Shown: in pieces, positions 10,303-22,209 of the stretch
Layout of the letters: each line of letters begins with the position of its first letter
Position numbering within the stretch: the first letter of the stretch is position 1
Assembly (NCBI GenBank): GCA_937625935.1
Contig: OW569348.1
Coordinates: 496,001-560,000, forward strand
From: Tetramitus jugosus
Lineage: Eukaryota > Protista > Heterolobosea
Length of the DNA: 64,000 nt
Direction of reading: 5' to 3'
The notes under the pieces: generated by a model
What the model saw: only the letters and a program-made list of their open reading frames with translations
What the model was told of the DNA's origin: nothing
Databases searched by the model: none
Translations under genes and position numbers: made by a program

Positions 10303-13300
10303 TTATGCAAAAGAATCCCTCACTAGCCTTTCTTGTTCTTCCTTGTGAATCTTGGAGAAACCAGTACTTGGTGATGCACCACAGCCTCTACCGACATACT
10401 TGACGTCGACAGTTTGACGGCCAACGTGCTTCAAGCATGTTAATGCTCTGAAGTAGAAGTGAGACCAGGCACCATAGTTCTTTGGTTCCTCTTGCGTCCA
10501 TGTAACTGTAGCATTTGGATACTTGCGCATAGTTTCGGCGACCTTGTCGAATGGGAATGGAGACAATTGTTCCACTCTGACAACAGCGACATCATTCACT
10601 TGCTTCTCATCTCTGTATTGAGCCAAGTCATAGTAGACCTTACCAGAACAGAAGACAATTCTTCTAACCTTGTCATCAGCAACCATGTTAGGGTTGCTAT
10701 CTGGAATCACAGATAGGAACTTGGTGCCTTCAGCGAGGTCTTCCAACTTACTTGCTGCCAACTTGTGTCTCAACAAGGACTTTGGAGTCATGACGATCAA
10801 TGGCTTTCTGAAATCTCTGTGCATTTGACGTCTGAGGGCATGGTAGTAGTTGGCTGGAGTAGAACAGTTGAGCACTTGCCAGTTGTTTCTTTGAATTTGT
10901 TTCGTGACTTCTGGAGCCAAGTCAGATGGGAATGTATCTGGATCTTCATCAGTCAATTGCAAGAAACGTTCCAGTCTTGCGTTACTGTGCTCTGGACCTT
11001 GTCCTTCATAACCATGAGGTAAGAGGACAGTCAAGCCTGTTGACTTGTACCACTTTTGTTCTCCTGAACTCAAGAATTGATCAATAATAATTTGAGCTCC
11101 GTTGGAGAAGTCACCGAATTGAGCTTCCCAGATGATCAAAGCATTTGGATTTTCGAGTGAATAACCGAGTTCGAAACCAAGGACACCATACTCTGACAAA
11201 CTAGAGTTGGACACATGGAATTCGGCTTGATCATTGGAAATGTGATTCAAAGGAATGAACTTCTCTTCAGTATCTTGGTGAACAACAACCGAATGTCTGT
11301 GAGAGAAGGTACCACGCTCAACATCTTGACCACTCAAACGAACGTGGAACTTTTCGTTCAACAAGGAACCGAATGCCAAAGCCTCGGCCATACCCCAGTC
11401 GATTCCTTCACCAGATTGTGTCATTTGGGCCCTAGCGTCCAAAACTCTCTTCACACCAGGATTCAATTTGAATCCCTCAGGCACCTCAGAAATGGTCTTA
11501 CCAATAGATTTAAGGGTATCTAGTTTGACACCGGTTGTTCTGACTTGACTGTAAATATCTGGAGTCTTGATTCCGGCCCACTTGGTAGTGGAACCATACC
11601 ATTCGCTAGACAAGTCAAAGATGTGATTCTTGGACTTGTTGAAAGCTTCATCAAATATGCTCTTGACTTGATCTTGCATCTTTTGATATTCTGCATTGGT
11701 GATAACACCTTCCTTCAACAATTGTTCAGAGTAAATGCTCAATGTGCTTGGGTGCTTGGCAATCTTCTTGTACATAATTGGTTGAGTGAACATTGGTTGA
11801 TCGATTTCATTGTGACCATTCTTTCTGTAGCAAATGATATCAACAATGACGTCCTTGTGGAACTCTTGACGCCATTGAGCAGCAAGCTTACAAACTCTGA
11901 CAACAGACTCTGGATCATCACCGTTACAATGGAACACTGGAGCACCAATAAACTTGGCCAAATCTGTGGCATATGGAGAGGAACGAGATTGTCTTGGATT
12001 GGTAGTGAAACCAATTTGATTGTTAATAATGATGTGGACTGTACCACCAGTGGTGTAGTCATAGAGATCGCTCAATCCCATAGTTTCATAAACGACACCT
12101 TGGCCAGCAAATGAAGCGTCACCATGGATCAAAATACTCATGTTCTTTGTTCTGGTGGTGTCCCCACTGTAGAATTGCTTGGCTCTGGTCTTACCTTCGA
12201 CGACTGGATCAACAGCCTCCAAGTGACTTGGATTAGCAACCAAACTCAACTCAATTTCCTTGTTGTTGAATGGAAGCTTTCTCTTGCAGTTTGCACCCAA
12301 GTGATACTTGACATCACCAGTACCGAATCGACTGAATTGATTTCCTTGGAATTCAGCAAACAAGTTCTCCAAAGGCTTTCTCATGACGTTGGCAAGGACG
12401 TTCAATCTACCACGATGAGCCATACCGATCACGAAGCTCGTGCACTCCAAGGAGCTAGCAATATCAACGATAGACTTGATACCAGGGATCAAAGATTCAC
12501 CACCTTCAAGACCAAATCTCTTGGTAGTAGGGAACTTGGATGCCAAGTATGTCTCAAAAGTGTCAGAGAATAGCAAACGTTCAAGGATGACCAACTTTTC
12601 ATTCTTGGACAATGGCACTGGTTGGACAGTCTCAATGTGATCACGGATCCAGTTGCATTGTTGTCTGCTGTCAATGTACATGTATTCCCAACCAATGGTT
12701 GAACAGTACACTTGCTTCAATCGATCAATCAATTGCTTGAGAGTAATAGGTCCACGCTCTTGGTCAAGGAATCCTGTTGTTTGTCATATGTTATTGTTCG
12801 TGCGTCGTGACACGAAAGAAAGCATTGCGTGTGTGAGAATTCAGTTTTAGGAAAAAGAATTTGCGCGCCCAATCAAAAAAATTGTAAAAAAAAGATAGGG
12901 CGGCAAGCGCGAGCCACATCTAAAAACGAGACTTACCCTTCATCAATGGTCTGCCAATGGAGATGGGTCTGTTCAAATCTTCTTCAGAGAATCCATAATT
13001 CTCCAGTGCCAACTCTTGAGGGAACGTTCCATCCAAGTCAGCATAGTGTAGCTTCAATGGATCCAATTCACTGATTCTGTGACCATTGACTTGATAGGCA
13101 CGCACCAAGTCAGAAATTCTGTGACCCAAAGAACTTGCAGATGTGTCTGCAGCACCAGAGGAGATACCAGATGGTGATGTGAGTGATGGCTGAGCTGGTG
13201 AGGCGTATTTGAGTTGCGAAAAATAAGTGTTCCATTGTGGATCGACAGAGGCTGGATCTTCACTCCATTGTTGTTCCAATTCTTCAAGGTATCTAGCAGA

Positions 13301-13438
13301 GTGAACATTGGCATAACTGTCAACAGTGTTTGATCTTGTTTGAGTGGAAGAGATGGCGGCTTTCAATGATTGTTTGTTGGTCAAAGAGGACTTTGTGACC
13401 TGCTTTGATACGCTCTTGCTTAAATTTCTCAACAACAT
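10303..13438 (-). CDS. OGDH: 2-oxoglutarate dehydrogenase E1, mitochondrial; exons 13438-12937, 12773-10303
   Basis: Mitochondrial presequence MLLRNLSKS; LVRAYQVNGH, KRFGLEGGE, GDVKYHLG, HGDASFAGQG, WEAQFGDF. Intron 12774-12936 (GTAAGT...CAG) splices in frame (MKG|FLDQ). Confidence 0.97.
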
Positions 13439-13734
13439 GTTCACAAATTGCGTGTGTTTGATTTCGTGTTTTGTGTGGTGATACTTTTTGTTTTTGGTTG
13501 GAGGAAAATTGGGAGATATTGTTTTTTTTCTTGGTTGTGTTCGTGTGAATTCGCCGAACTGCCTCGGGATTTTCCGCCCCAATCAAATTGTAACCGTGCG
13601 GCGTGCGGACAACGTCTTTTGCAACATCGGCTAAACTGTTCTGGATCAATGTTGAGACATCACAAATACAAACACCAGGCGACTCCGAATACAATAGCCG
13701 CGAGATTGGATTTGTAGTCCTTACGATGGCCAGT

Positions 13735-16176
13735 TTATTGCCAACGGCTAAACCACAGAGCGGTCAGAATAGTACGATCTGCTTCACACTCTGGAACTAG
13801 GATAGAGTGATTGTTCTTTGGGTAGATGTTGAGCTGAACTCTGTTGTGTTGTTCCATTGTCTTGCACTTCTTCTTGAGTTCAAAGTAGAACTCTCGACCG
13901 TTCATTGGTGGTACACGCCTATCTTCATCACCCAGCAAGATCAACACTGCGCAGGTGTCAATGTTGACTCGATGAACATGGGCCTGAGGAGATGCCTTGT
14001 ATTGCTGCAAAAGCACTTCTTCTCGTTGTGCAGGCGACAACTTCAAGTATTGTTCCTGTTCATGATCTTCATAATCAATACCGTTTGCTTCAGTGTAGCA
14101 CCAGTCAGGAATATCGGTCAGAGAAGTCATGCTAGCGATATTGGTCACAGGGTTCAACAAGGCAGCAGCCTTGAACAACTCAGGATATTGACCAATCATG
14201 TGTCCAGCCAAGAAACCGCCATGAGATCCGCCAACAATACTTGTCTTGTTTCTGTCAACATTGTAGTTGTTGAACATGTGCAATGTGGCAGCATGAACAT
14301 CAGACACATCCTGCTGTCCACACTTGCCAACAAGAGATGTGAGTGGATTGAGACCAAAACCAATTGATCCACGATAGTTCACTTCACAGACGGTAAATCC
14401 AGAAAGTGCATAAAAAGCAAAACCCATCATGTACATGGTAGTATACACACTGTGAGGTCCTCCATGAGGCGTCATGATCAGTGGGGATGAATTACTATCA
14501 TTGACAGTCTTGGAACTACGTTGTACAATGCATTCGAACTGTTCATTCTTGTCCTCTGTTTCAACAGAGATAATCTCCCAAGAGATAGATTTGATTTCGC
14601 TAGCTAACTTGGCAGGCATTGTACTAAAGCAATCATCGACAATGATCCACTTGAGAGTCAATTCACTTTCATTGGATTGTTGCTCATCAGCGCAACTGAT
14701 CATGACACGGTATGGAAGAGATGGACTAGTTTCGTATGCAATGATACGATCGTCCGAAGTCTTGTTAATCATATAGATGGAGTGATTTGGTTCACTTGTC
14801 ATGACTCGCTGCACCTTTCCAGTACTAAACTCAATCTTTAACAATGCATCAACAGAGCGCCAAGAATTATTGACATAAATATGTTTCGAGTCTTTGGTCC
14901 AACACTTGTAACTCAAATCATTACAATAGAGTCCAGGGAACTCACTCTTTGATGAGCATTCCTTCACATAGTCAACAACAATTCTTGTTTCCTTGGATGG
15001 CCATGCCATACTCATCAATCGTTTGCAAGTGTTATGACATGGTACTTTGCCCGTAGTCAAGTAGATCAAGTGAGATCCATCAGGGGAGAACACTGGTCTC
15101 AACACATTCCATTCACCCTCAGGTGTAATCTTGTCAACAGTGCATGTACCTTTCTCCTCATCTGAAAACTTCAAGTGATAGAGATCGTTTTGTCTCTGAG
15201 TGCAATACACGATACCAAGTCTTCTCTTGAGAACATTGTAACCGACGAATACGATTCCCTTCTCGTCTGGTGTTAACTGAGGTGAACTGACGGCAATATC
15301 ATGATCAACACCCTTGATCAACACTGGCGTTCTCTTACTACGATCATCCAACTTCCAACTACACTTGTAAATTCTGGACTTTTTAGCACCGACCAATTGC
15401 TCTCCCCACTCTTCTTGGCTTTCAAAATTGTACTTGCCAAAGATTAGACTACTGTCCTCGGAGGAGGCTGCAGTGTTGTTGTCTTTCTTGTTGTTGGATG
15501 AGTCATCCTTGTGTTCCTCCTCCAAGTGACTAAAATCCTTATCCCAGAATGTCTTTTGATAACACTTTGGTTTCTCTGCAAAATCGGCCAAGTAGTACAC
15601 ACAGGACTCATCCCTTGTCCAACAAACTCTCGAAAAGTAAACATCAGTGTACAACTTTCCATGAACATCATTGACTGGGATCAATGCAATTCGATTCGAT
15701 TGATTCCATACTTCAATCTGATAATTTACAAAGTTGGTCTTGTTGTTGTTTGCACCACTAGCACCAGCACCATTGGTAACATTCTTGAAGAGCATCAAAT
15801 ACTTTCCAGATGGAGAATAAGTGTACAGTTCAACATTGGACAGTGTCACTGGGAATCCAATGGATGAATAGTGAGCAGTCTTGGTGTCATCTGATGACGA
15901 TGATGATTGTTGTGGTTGTTGAAAGTGTTTCATGAACACTGTATTTGAATTGTTGTCGACATCTCTCTGAGTGTAGGTGACAACAATTGATTCATTATTG
16001 GATGATGAATCACTGTTGTTGTTGTTGTTGTTGTGATTCTCAATGAGAGCAGCAGAGGAGATGCTTGGTGTTTGAATGAGATCAAAGTACAAATCTGTGA
16101 GTTGCTTTGTTTTTTCATTCCATTGCTTGTTGTTGAATGGTGATCGAACAGAGTCACTTTTATTATTGTCTGACAT
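13735..16176 (-). CDS. APEH: Acylamino-acid-releasing enzyme (S9C peptidase)
   Basis: EEWGEQ, PHGGPHS, VNYRGSIGFG, catalytic GGSHGG, DIPDW, DRRVP, NNHS. Confidence 0.92.
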   Translation of the reverse strand: MSDNNKSDSVRSPFNNKQWNEKTKQLTDLYFDLIQTPSISSAALIENHNNNNNNSDSSSNNESIVVTYTQRDVDNNSNTVFMKHFQQPQQSSSSSDDTKTAHYSSIGFPVTLSNVELYTYSPSGKYLMLFKNVTNGAGASGANNNKTNFVNYQIEVWNQSNRIALIPVNDVHGKLYTDVYFSRVCWTRDESCVYYLADFAEKPKCYQKTFWDKDFSHLEEEHKDDSSNNKKDNNTAASSEDSSLIFGKYNFESQEEWGEQLVGAKKSRIYKCSWKLDDRSKRTPVLIKGVDHDIAVSSPQLTPDEKGIVFVGYNVLKRRLGIVYCTQRQNDLYHLKFSDEEKGTCTVDKITPEGEWNVLRPVFSPDGSHLIYLTTGKVPCHNTCKRLMSMAWPSKETRIVVDYVKECSSKSEFPGLYCNDLSYKCWTKDSKHIYVNNSWRSVDALLKIEFSTGKVQRVMTSEPNHSIYMINKTSDDRIIAYETSPSLPYRVMISCADEQQSNESELTLKWIIVDDCFSTMPAKLASEIKSISWEIISVETEDKNEQFECIVQRSSKTVNDSNSSPLIMTPHGGPHSVYTTMYMMGFAFYALSGFTVCEVNYRGSIGFGLNPLTSLVGKCGQQDVSDVHAATLHMFNNYNVDRNKTSIVGGSHGGFLAGHMIGQYPELFKAAALLNPVTNIASMTSLTDIPDWCYTEANGIDYEDHEQEQYLKLSPAQREEVLLQQYKASPQAHVHRVNIDTCAVLILLGDEDRRVPPMNGREFYFELKKKCKTMEQHNRVQLNIYPKNNHSILVPECEADRTILTALWFSRWQ

Positions 16177-16312
16177 GTTGTTGTTGATATTTGTGTGTTA
16201 TCTGATTTGTGTTGATTTTGTTTTTTTGGTCAGCAAAGTGGTTTTTGTGGTCAAGCTTCTCTTTCTCCGCAGTATTTTTGGCATTTCCACCATCAAACAA
16301 GAACGCGAACAC

Positions 16313-16828
16313 ATGATGCCGCCAGACAACAATACCAATGATCCATCATCGAATAAGAAATCAAAAGTGCAATTCGATAAACAGGAGAGATTGACATTCA
16401 AACAGACATTGAATCAATTTTGGATCCGAATGACCACTCCAGGCTCATCCTATTCACAATCGATTAAGAATATGAATCCACAGGAGGTGATTGCAGCGAG
16501 AGAGAAGCTTCGGACGAGGATCAAGTATGGATCGTATTCATTTGTGTTTCTGGTCATGACTGGTTATGCACTCTATTCGAAATGTATGTGTTTTGAAGTT
16601 GTGTAATCCTATTGTTTGTCCGTCTTTATTGTCGTTGGATATTGTTGTTTCTTAACATACCACATGTTCTTCTTTCTAATGGAGCTAGATTTGGGAACAG
16701 AGGAGTCTCGACTCAGGTACAATATCAAACAATATTTGGCAAAGGAACAAGCCGAAGTGGAAAAGTTGCGCAAAGAAGTTTCTCAACTGGAGAGAGATTA
16801 CTCACACAAAATAAAGAGTGGACCATAA
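16313..16828 (+). CDS. Small single-TM protein with C-terminal coiled coil; exons 16313-16583, 16689-16828
   Basis: GTATGT donor at 16584, TTCTAAT branch-like site at 16674, TAG acceptor at 16688. Splicing joins two track ORFs in frame (YSK-Y-LGTEE) to give 136 aa. Confidence 0.7.
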
Positions 16829-16871
16829 ATGATTTTCTGTATTGTATCGCAAATACAATCACTCAACTCCT

Positions 16872-17963
16872 CTACGTTTCATCTGTCGTAAAAATATCAA
16901 TGTCAAAGAACTTTGAAGAGGTCAATGGATTGTATGTCCAGCGCACGGGAACAAACAAGGAAAATACTTGAATCCGGTAGTTGTCACAGTTCGATACGAT
17001 CAATTTGTTGTCACTGGTCAATGCAATACCACAGGGTCCACAAAACACTTTGGACTTCCGTTGTTGATCATTCTGATCCTCTGTTTCTTCTTCGAATGAA
17101 TCGTTATCTGAGGGAACTATTGCAGGAGACATTAGATATTGCTGTCCCCGAGCTCTTGGATCGACATTACTGTTTGCTACAATTGAATCATTGTTGGAAT
17201 TCAAGCATTGCAAGTGCCGCCCGCTCAGAGCATCAAACACTTGTACGTTGTGTTTGTTATAGTCGCATACAAAGAGCTTGCCATCAGAAGATATCGTTAT
17301 TCCTAGTGGTTGCACAAGTGATTCCATCATTCGTTCGTCCAAGTATTTGATACGGAACAGGAAATGACCGTGGCAATTGAAAACTTGCACTTGACGGTTT
17401 CCTTCCTCACTCACATAAATCTTTCGATCATCTCCCGTACCGTGCAAAGCAATGGACCAAGGTCGGCTCAACTCACCATCGAGCTCGCCTCTCGATCCAA
17501 AACTAAATGAATATTGTCCATGGGGATTAAACACCTGAATCCTGTGATTCCACCGATCGACAACATAAATGTAATTCCTTTCGTCCACTGCAACACCGAA
17601 CGGTGTTTGGAATTCACCATTACCATTGCCACAAACACCAAACGAACCCACAATCTGGTTTGTAGCCGTATCGACCAGCATGATACAATTTCTTCTATAT
17701 TCTACAACAATGAGATATCCGCGAGAGTCAACAACGATACCCAAGGGATGCTCGAACTGATCCATTGAGTGCAACCATTGGCCATCGTGGCCTCGGAACA
17801 CATGAATCTGCTTGTTGGGACTGTCACTTACATAAATCATGCCAGTGTTCCTATTGTGGGCAATGAACAGAGGACACATGAGTTGGCCATTCAATTGACC
17901 GAAACTCCCAAATTCATATAGGGGGCTAACAGAGAGCCTGCTGGAATGAGACCTATGAGACAT
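16872..17963 (-). CDS. NHL-repeat beta-propeller protein
   Basis: Six NHL repeats (e.g. GEFQTPFGVAVD...YVVDRWNHRIQVF). Confidence 0.9.
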   Translation of the reverse strand: MSHRSHSSRLSVSPLYEFGSFGQLNGQLMCPLFIAHNRNTGMIYVSDSPNKQIHVFRGHDGQWLHSMDQFEHPLGIVVDSRGYLIVVEYRRNCIMLVDTATNQIVGSFGVCGNGNGEFQTPFGVAVDERNYIYVVDRWNHRIQVFNPHGQYSFSFGSRGELDGELSRPWSIALHGTGDDRKIYVSEEGNRQVQVFNCHGHFLFRIKYLDERMMESLVQPLGITISSDGKLFVCDYNKHNVQVFDALSGRHLQCLNSNNDSIVANSNVDPRARGQQYLMSPAIVPSDNDSFEEETEDQNDQQRKSKVFCGPCGIALTSDNKLIVSNCDNYRIQVFSLFVPVRWTYNPLTSSKFFDIDIFTTDET

Positions 17964-18218
17964 GGATGGAGAGATATGGATGTGGTAGTTGGTTTGGTAG
18001 TGTCGTAATAGCTATATAAGTGCTAATTATCGTTTTCTCTTTTGTAAAATGTTATGTGAATCAAGAATGTGGTTGTGTTCAAATACTTGGACAGTCAAAG
18101 GGTGGGCTTGGCAAATATTTGTCCTGTATTAGTTCGCGATTCCCAAAAAATCCGCGTAAAGAAGGCCAAAAAAAGCTGTGCTCAAGTTCGAGCAGGTATT
18201 GAGTTGACATGATCTCCT

Positions 18219-19730
18219 TCATGTGTCTGCGCCATGTTCATTTTGAAGAAGTGAAAGGTCTTTTGTGTCATCCTCCTGTGGTGCACTTCGTGCTGGTGCC
18301 TTCTTTCTTGACCTTCTGTTTCCATCACCACAACAAATCACAGAAGCGAATATCCAGATGGTACCCACGAAATCCAACGCGAAGCAAAGCATCAATGGAC
18401 TCAGAGCAATAGGCATAACCTTGTTCGTGTACAGCTGAACTGAATGTTCATAAGTAAACGTATTGTTCTTGAAGCCGTCGGGATTGGCAACGATGAGAGC
18501 CACAGGTGGAAATTCCTGTCTACTAAATTCACAGTCCTGTCTCAACAATAAACATTGGCCAATAATCGATGCATCATCTGGTACGAGATTTGAATAGTGA
18601 ACTGTAAAGTTAGCCATGGCATTGGTTGCAGTGCCATGTGCATCCAAATGATAATAAAAAATAAAGTAAATGCTATCGGTCGATTCATTGATGGAAATGT
18701 CGGTCATATCCTCTGATATCAACCAATCTGATGTCATTAGAAAGTCTCTATCATTGCTCTGTTGTTGTTGATGTTGTCCAGAGTTGGTCTTATTGACCGA
18801 TTGTACAATATGGAATTGGAATGAGTGAGGCACACTGGATGTCAGTTGAATGGATCGAGCAGCAATCGATCTTTTTCCATTCTGCCAAACGTTGAAATAG
18901 TTGTTTCCGACGACAATGTCCAAGAAGATGGCATCCTCCCTCTCTGATATGACCTTTGGTACATAGTTGATGAGTGTGTCAATGTGAACAACACTTCCCT
19001 TGTTCAACGTAAATGTCCAATACTCATAATTCATTCCACCAGTGATCAACGCATCCATCACAACAGGATTGTACTGTTTCGTTCGATATCCACTGACTTG
19101 GATCAATGGACTGCTGTTCAATGAATAAATAATGGTCTGTGTCTGCGCTGCATTCACAATTTGATTGAATCGTACACTTTTGGCAAATGGTTTGGACCTG
19201 GGAAAAAATAGTTGTCTACTGTACTGATTTCGATCCAATTTGAGTTGAAGAACAAGTTGATTGAGATAGATGAGACAGAGGATGACTGTGGCTACAATGG
19301 TGACAAAATTCATGCACAGACACATGCTAATGGCGATTGAAGTCGGAGAGCAGTCTTGCTTAATCGAGTATTGATTCTTGTTCTTCAAATTTGGATCATT
19401 GCTATTGTGATTGTTGTTGCGATAAAAAAGTGAACGAGAGCCACCTGTTTGATAGGAAGAGGATGATGAGTCGTTCGAGTCAACACCATTGTATTGCATG
19501 GATGATTGATTCAACAGTGCCAAGTGTTCTGCACCAGAGATACGAGTGGCAAGGCTGAATCGAGCACTGGCTCTGTGATTGGGTAACCGTCTTTTTCTTT
19601 GTGGTTGTTGTTGTTGTTGTGATGGTGAAGATGTTGAAGATGGAGAGATGGTGTTGTTGGTCTCATGATTGATTGCAGTTGAGATCTTTGGGTAGGCATG
19701 CTTCTCATGTCCCTCCTCTGTTGATGACAT
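18219..19730 (-). CDS. Two-TM protein with APD1-4-type (DUF4792/DUF4793-like) luminal domain, no RING
   Basis: TM at both ends of a globular region. IIYSLNSSPL...NYEYWTFTLNKGSVVHI matches the APD family W.F.LNKGS pattern. Likely ATG 19730. Confidence 0.6.
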   Translation of the reverse strand: MSSTEEGHEKHAYPKISTAINHETNNTISPSSTSSPSQQQQQPQRKRRLPNHRASARFSLATRISGAEHLALLNQSSMQYNGVDSNDSSSSSYQTGGSRSLFYRNNNHNSNDPNLKNKNQYSIKQDCSPTSIAISMCLCMNFVTIVATVILCLIYLNQLVLQLKLDRNQYSRQLFFPRSKPFAKSVRFNQIVNAAQTQTIIYSLNSSPLIQVSGYRTKQYNPVVMDALITGGMNYEYWTFTLNKGSVVHIDTLINYVPKVISEREDAIFLDIVVGNNYFNVWQNGKRSIAARSIQLTSSVPHSFQFHIVQSVNKTNSGQHQQQQSNDRDFLMTSDWLISEDMTDISINESTDSIYFIFYYHLDAHGTATNAMANFTVHYSNLVPDDASIIGQCLLLRQDCEFSRQEFPPVALIVANPDGFKNNTFTYEHSVQLYTNKVMPIALSPLMLCFALDFVGTIWIFASVICCGDGNRRSRKKAPARSAPQEDDTKDLSLLQNEHGADT

Positions 19731-20043
19731 TTTTGTTTTTGGCGGGTGTTTGTCAGTCGGTAAAACGGAAAAATACATTAAAGTTGAACAACTTGTTCTC
19801 GGTGAAGACAGCGAATCTGGCTACTTTGTGAAATCTCCGTGGTTCCTGAGAGGAAGATTTGAGAGGTGAAATTGTCTGGATAAATTCCCAGTTCCCAGAA
19901 GTTTTTGTCCAGGAATTTTTCCCTTTGGTTCATCGCTGTTGCATTTGGCTAAAGCTCGAGATTTTGCACCACCACAAACAACAAACAAAGCACCCCAACC
20001 AACACACAAACCAATCTCCTCCACGTGATATTAGAAAGAATCA

Positions 20044-22077
20044 ATGCGTTCCATTTCAAAAAGAATCGCAAGCTCTGCACTCAACAACTGTCGCAAACAG
20101 ACCACTGCTACAGTAGTACCAAGTCTTTTGCGTCAACCAACACAACATCACAATGCTCTGTTCTCGCATCAACAACAACAACCACAACAACCACTCTTCT
20201 CTACTACTACTACTACTCTCAGAAACAACAGTACCAACTCTAACAACTCTAACAATAGCAATAGCAATAGCAACAATAGTCATAGCAGCAATGGTGGTGA
20301 CTCGAAAGCAAACAATGGCACAAGCTTTGTCAAAGTGTTGAAGATTACTTCAAAGTACATGGCATATGCTCTCATTATCGGAGCAGTGTCCTATGTCGTT
20401 GTTGAGATGATTGATGATTCGAATCAAGCAGCAGCATTGAATCCACTCGAAGCACAAGAGTTTCAACAAATGCTCAACAAGCAAGTTCAAGCAGCTGACT
20501 TACCACATGAAAAGTTTATGATTGATCACTCGGATCCTAATCGTAAGCCTCGATTGGTCATTATTGGTACTGGATGGGGTGCCATCTCATTGCTCCAGAG
20601 CATTGATCACACAAAGTACGAAGTGATTGTTGTCTCGCCTAGAAACTACTTTTTGTTTACACCAATGTTGCCATCGACAACAACTGGAGCAGTCGACTAT
20701 CGTTCCATTGTCGATCCAGTGAGAGCAATGATCTATAGAAAGACAAAGTCTCACGATCCAAACTTCAAGGACGCCATACATTACTATGAAGCCAAGTGCA
20801 ACAATGTGGATCATACAAACAATACGATTCTGTGCGATAAGACCAACTCCAAGGGAACAATGACCATTGAGTATGACAAGTTGGTGATCAGTGTGGGTGC
20901 TACGGTCAACACGTTTGGTACCAAGGGTGTCGAAGAGAACTGTCACTATCTCAAGGAAGTTGAACACGCAAGAAACATTAGAAAGGCTCTGATGACTGCA
21001 CTCGAAAAGGCGTCCTATCCAGAGACGAGTGAAGACGAGAAGAGAAGATTGTTGCACTTTGCGATTGTCGGAGGTGGTCCATCTGGTATTGAACTGTCAG
21101 CAGAGTTGAACGATTTCTTGGTGGATGAAGTCGAAAAGTTCTATCCTCATTTGAGATCGTACATGCAGATTTCAATTGTTGAGATGATGGATCACATTCT
21201 GAACACATTTGACAAGAAATTGTCAGAGTACACTGAGAAGAAGTTTGCCAGAGATCGCATCAATCTCATCACCAACAACAGAGTGTTGGAAGTGAGAGAG
21301 AAGGAGTTGGTAGTGTTTGATACCAAGACCCAGAAGACTAGCACCATACCATACGGTGTCTGTGTTTGGAGTACTGGTGTCAAGCAACAACCGCTCATTG
21401 AAACCATTGCAAAGTCATTGCCAAACTCTGCAAAGCACATGAGAGCCTTGGTGACCAATGGCTTCTGTGTCGTTCAGGATGTGCCACAACAGAACATCTA
21501 TGCCATTGGTGACTGCAGCAGAATTGAACAACAAAAGCTGTTGGACAAGATGGTGGATCTGTTCAGAGAGGCTGATGAAGACAAGGACGGTGTCTTGTCC
21601 ATGGCCGATTTTGAGTCATTGATCAAGAAGAGAAGCAAGGAATATCCACAACTATTGTTCCACGGTAACAAGGTTACTGAATTGTATGAAAAGTACGATC
21701 AAAACAAGGACGGAAAGTTGGATGAGCAAGAGTTTAAGGCCTTGTTGCAAATGGCTGATAACAGTTTGAGACCTCTACCAGCCACTGCCCAGGTCGCCTC
21801 TCAAGAGGGTGTATACTTGGCAGATCACTTGAACAAGGTAATGTCCGGTGACAAGAACATTCAACCATTTGTATATTCGAATTGGGGATCATTCGCATTT
21901 ATTGGTGGCAAGAGAGCTGTCGCAGATATTCCAGTGTACAAGAGTGGTGGATTTTTGAGTTTTGTTGCCTACAAGTCTGTCTACTGGCAAAAGCAAGTCT
22001 CATGGAAGAACAGATTTGCTCTGGGATATGACTGGATGAAGACTGTGTCTTTCGGAAGAGACATCTCAAAGATGTAA
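20044..22077 (+). CDS. Type II NADH dehydrogenase with EF-hands (NDB type), mitochondrial
   Basis: Presequence; IIGTGWGA, RNYFLFTPMLP, GGGPSGIE, YAIGD, LPATAQVASQEG; EF loops DEDKDGVLSMAD and DQNKDGKLDEQE. Confidence 0.93.
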   Translation: MRSISKRIASSALNNCRKQTTATVVPSLLRQPTQHHNALFSHQQQQPQQPLFSTTTTTLRNNSTNSNNSNNSNSNSNNSHSSNGGDSKANNGTSFVKVLKITSKYMAYALIIGAVSYVVVEMIDDSNQAAALNPLEAQEFQQMLNKQVQAADLPHEKFMIDHSDPNRKPRLVIIGTGWGAISLLQSIDHTKYEVIVVSPRNYFLFTPMLPSTTTGAVDYRSIVDPVRAMIYRKTKSHDPNFKDAIHYYEAKCNNVDHTNNTILCDKTNSKGTMTIEYDKLVISVGATVNTFGTKGVEENCHYLKEVEHARNIRKALMTALEKASYPETSEDEKRRLLHFAIVGGGPSGIELSAELNDFLVDEVEKFYPHLRSYMQISIVEMMDHILNTFDKKLSEYTEKKFARDRINLITNNRVLEVREKELVVFDTKTQKTSTIPYGVCVWSTGVKQQPLIETIAKSLPNSAKHMRALVTNGFCVVQDVPQQNIYAIGDCSRIEQQKLLDKMVDLFREADEDKDGVLSMADFESLIKKRSKEYPQLLFHGNKVTELYEKYDQNKDGKLDEQEFKALLQMADNSLRPLPATAQVASQEGVYLADHLNKVMSGDKNIQPFVYSNWGSFAFIGGKRAVADIPVYKSGGFLSFVAYKSVYWQKQVSWKNRFALGYDWMKTVSFGRDISKM

Positions 22078-22209
22078 ATTCTGATCACACAATAAACAGA
22101 AACTTGTAAAACTTGTAACGCAGCTCCCTCCCGTTCAGACAAAAAAAACTTCAAAGCGAAAAAACAAACGAACAGGGCTCCTCTTGGCAAGGCCTCCGAA
22201 AGGATCATC

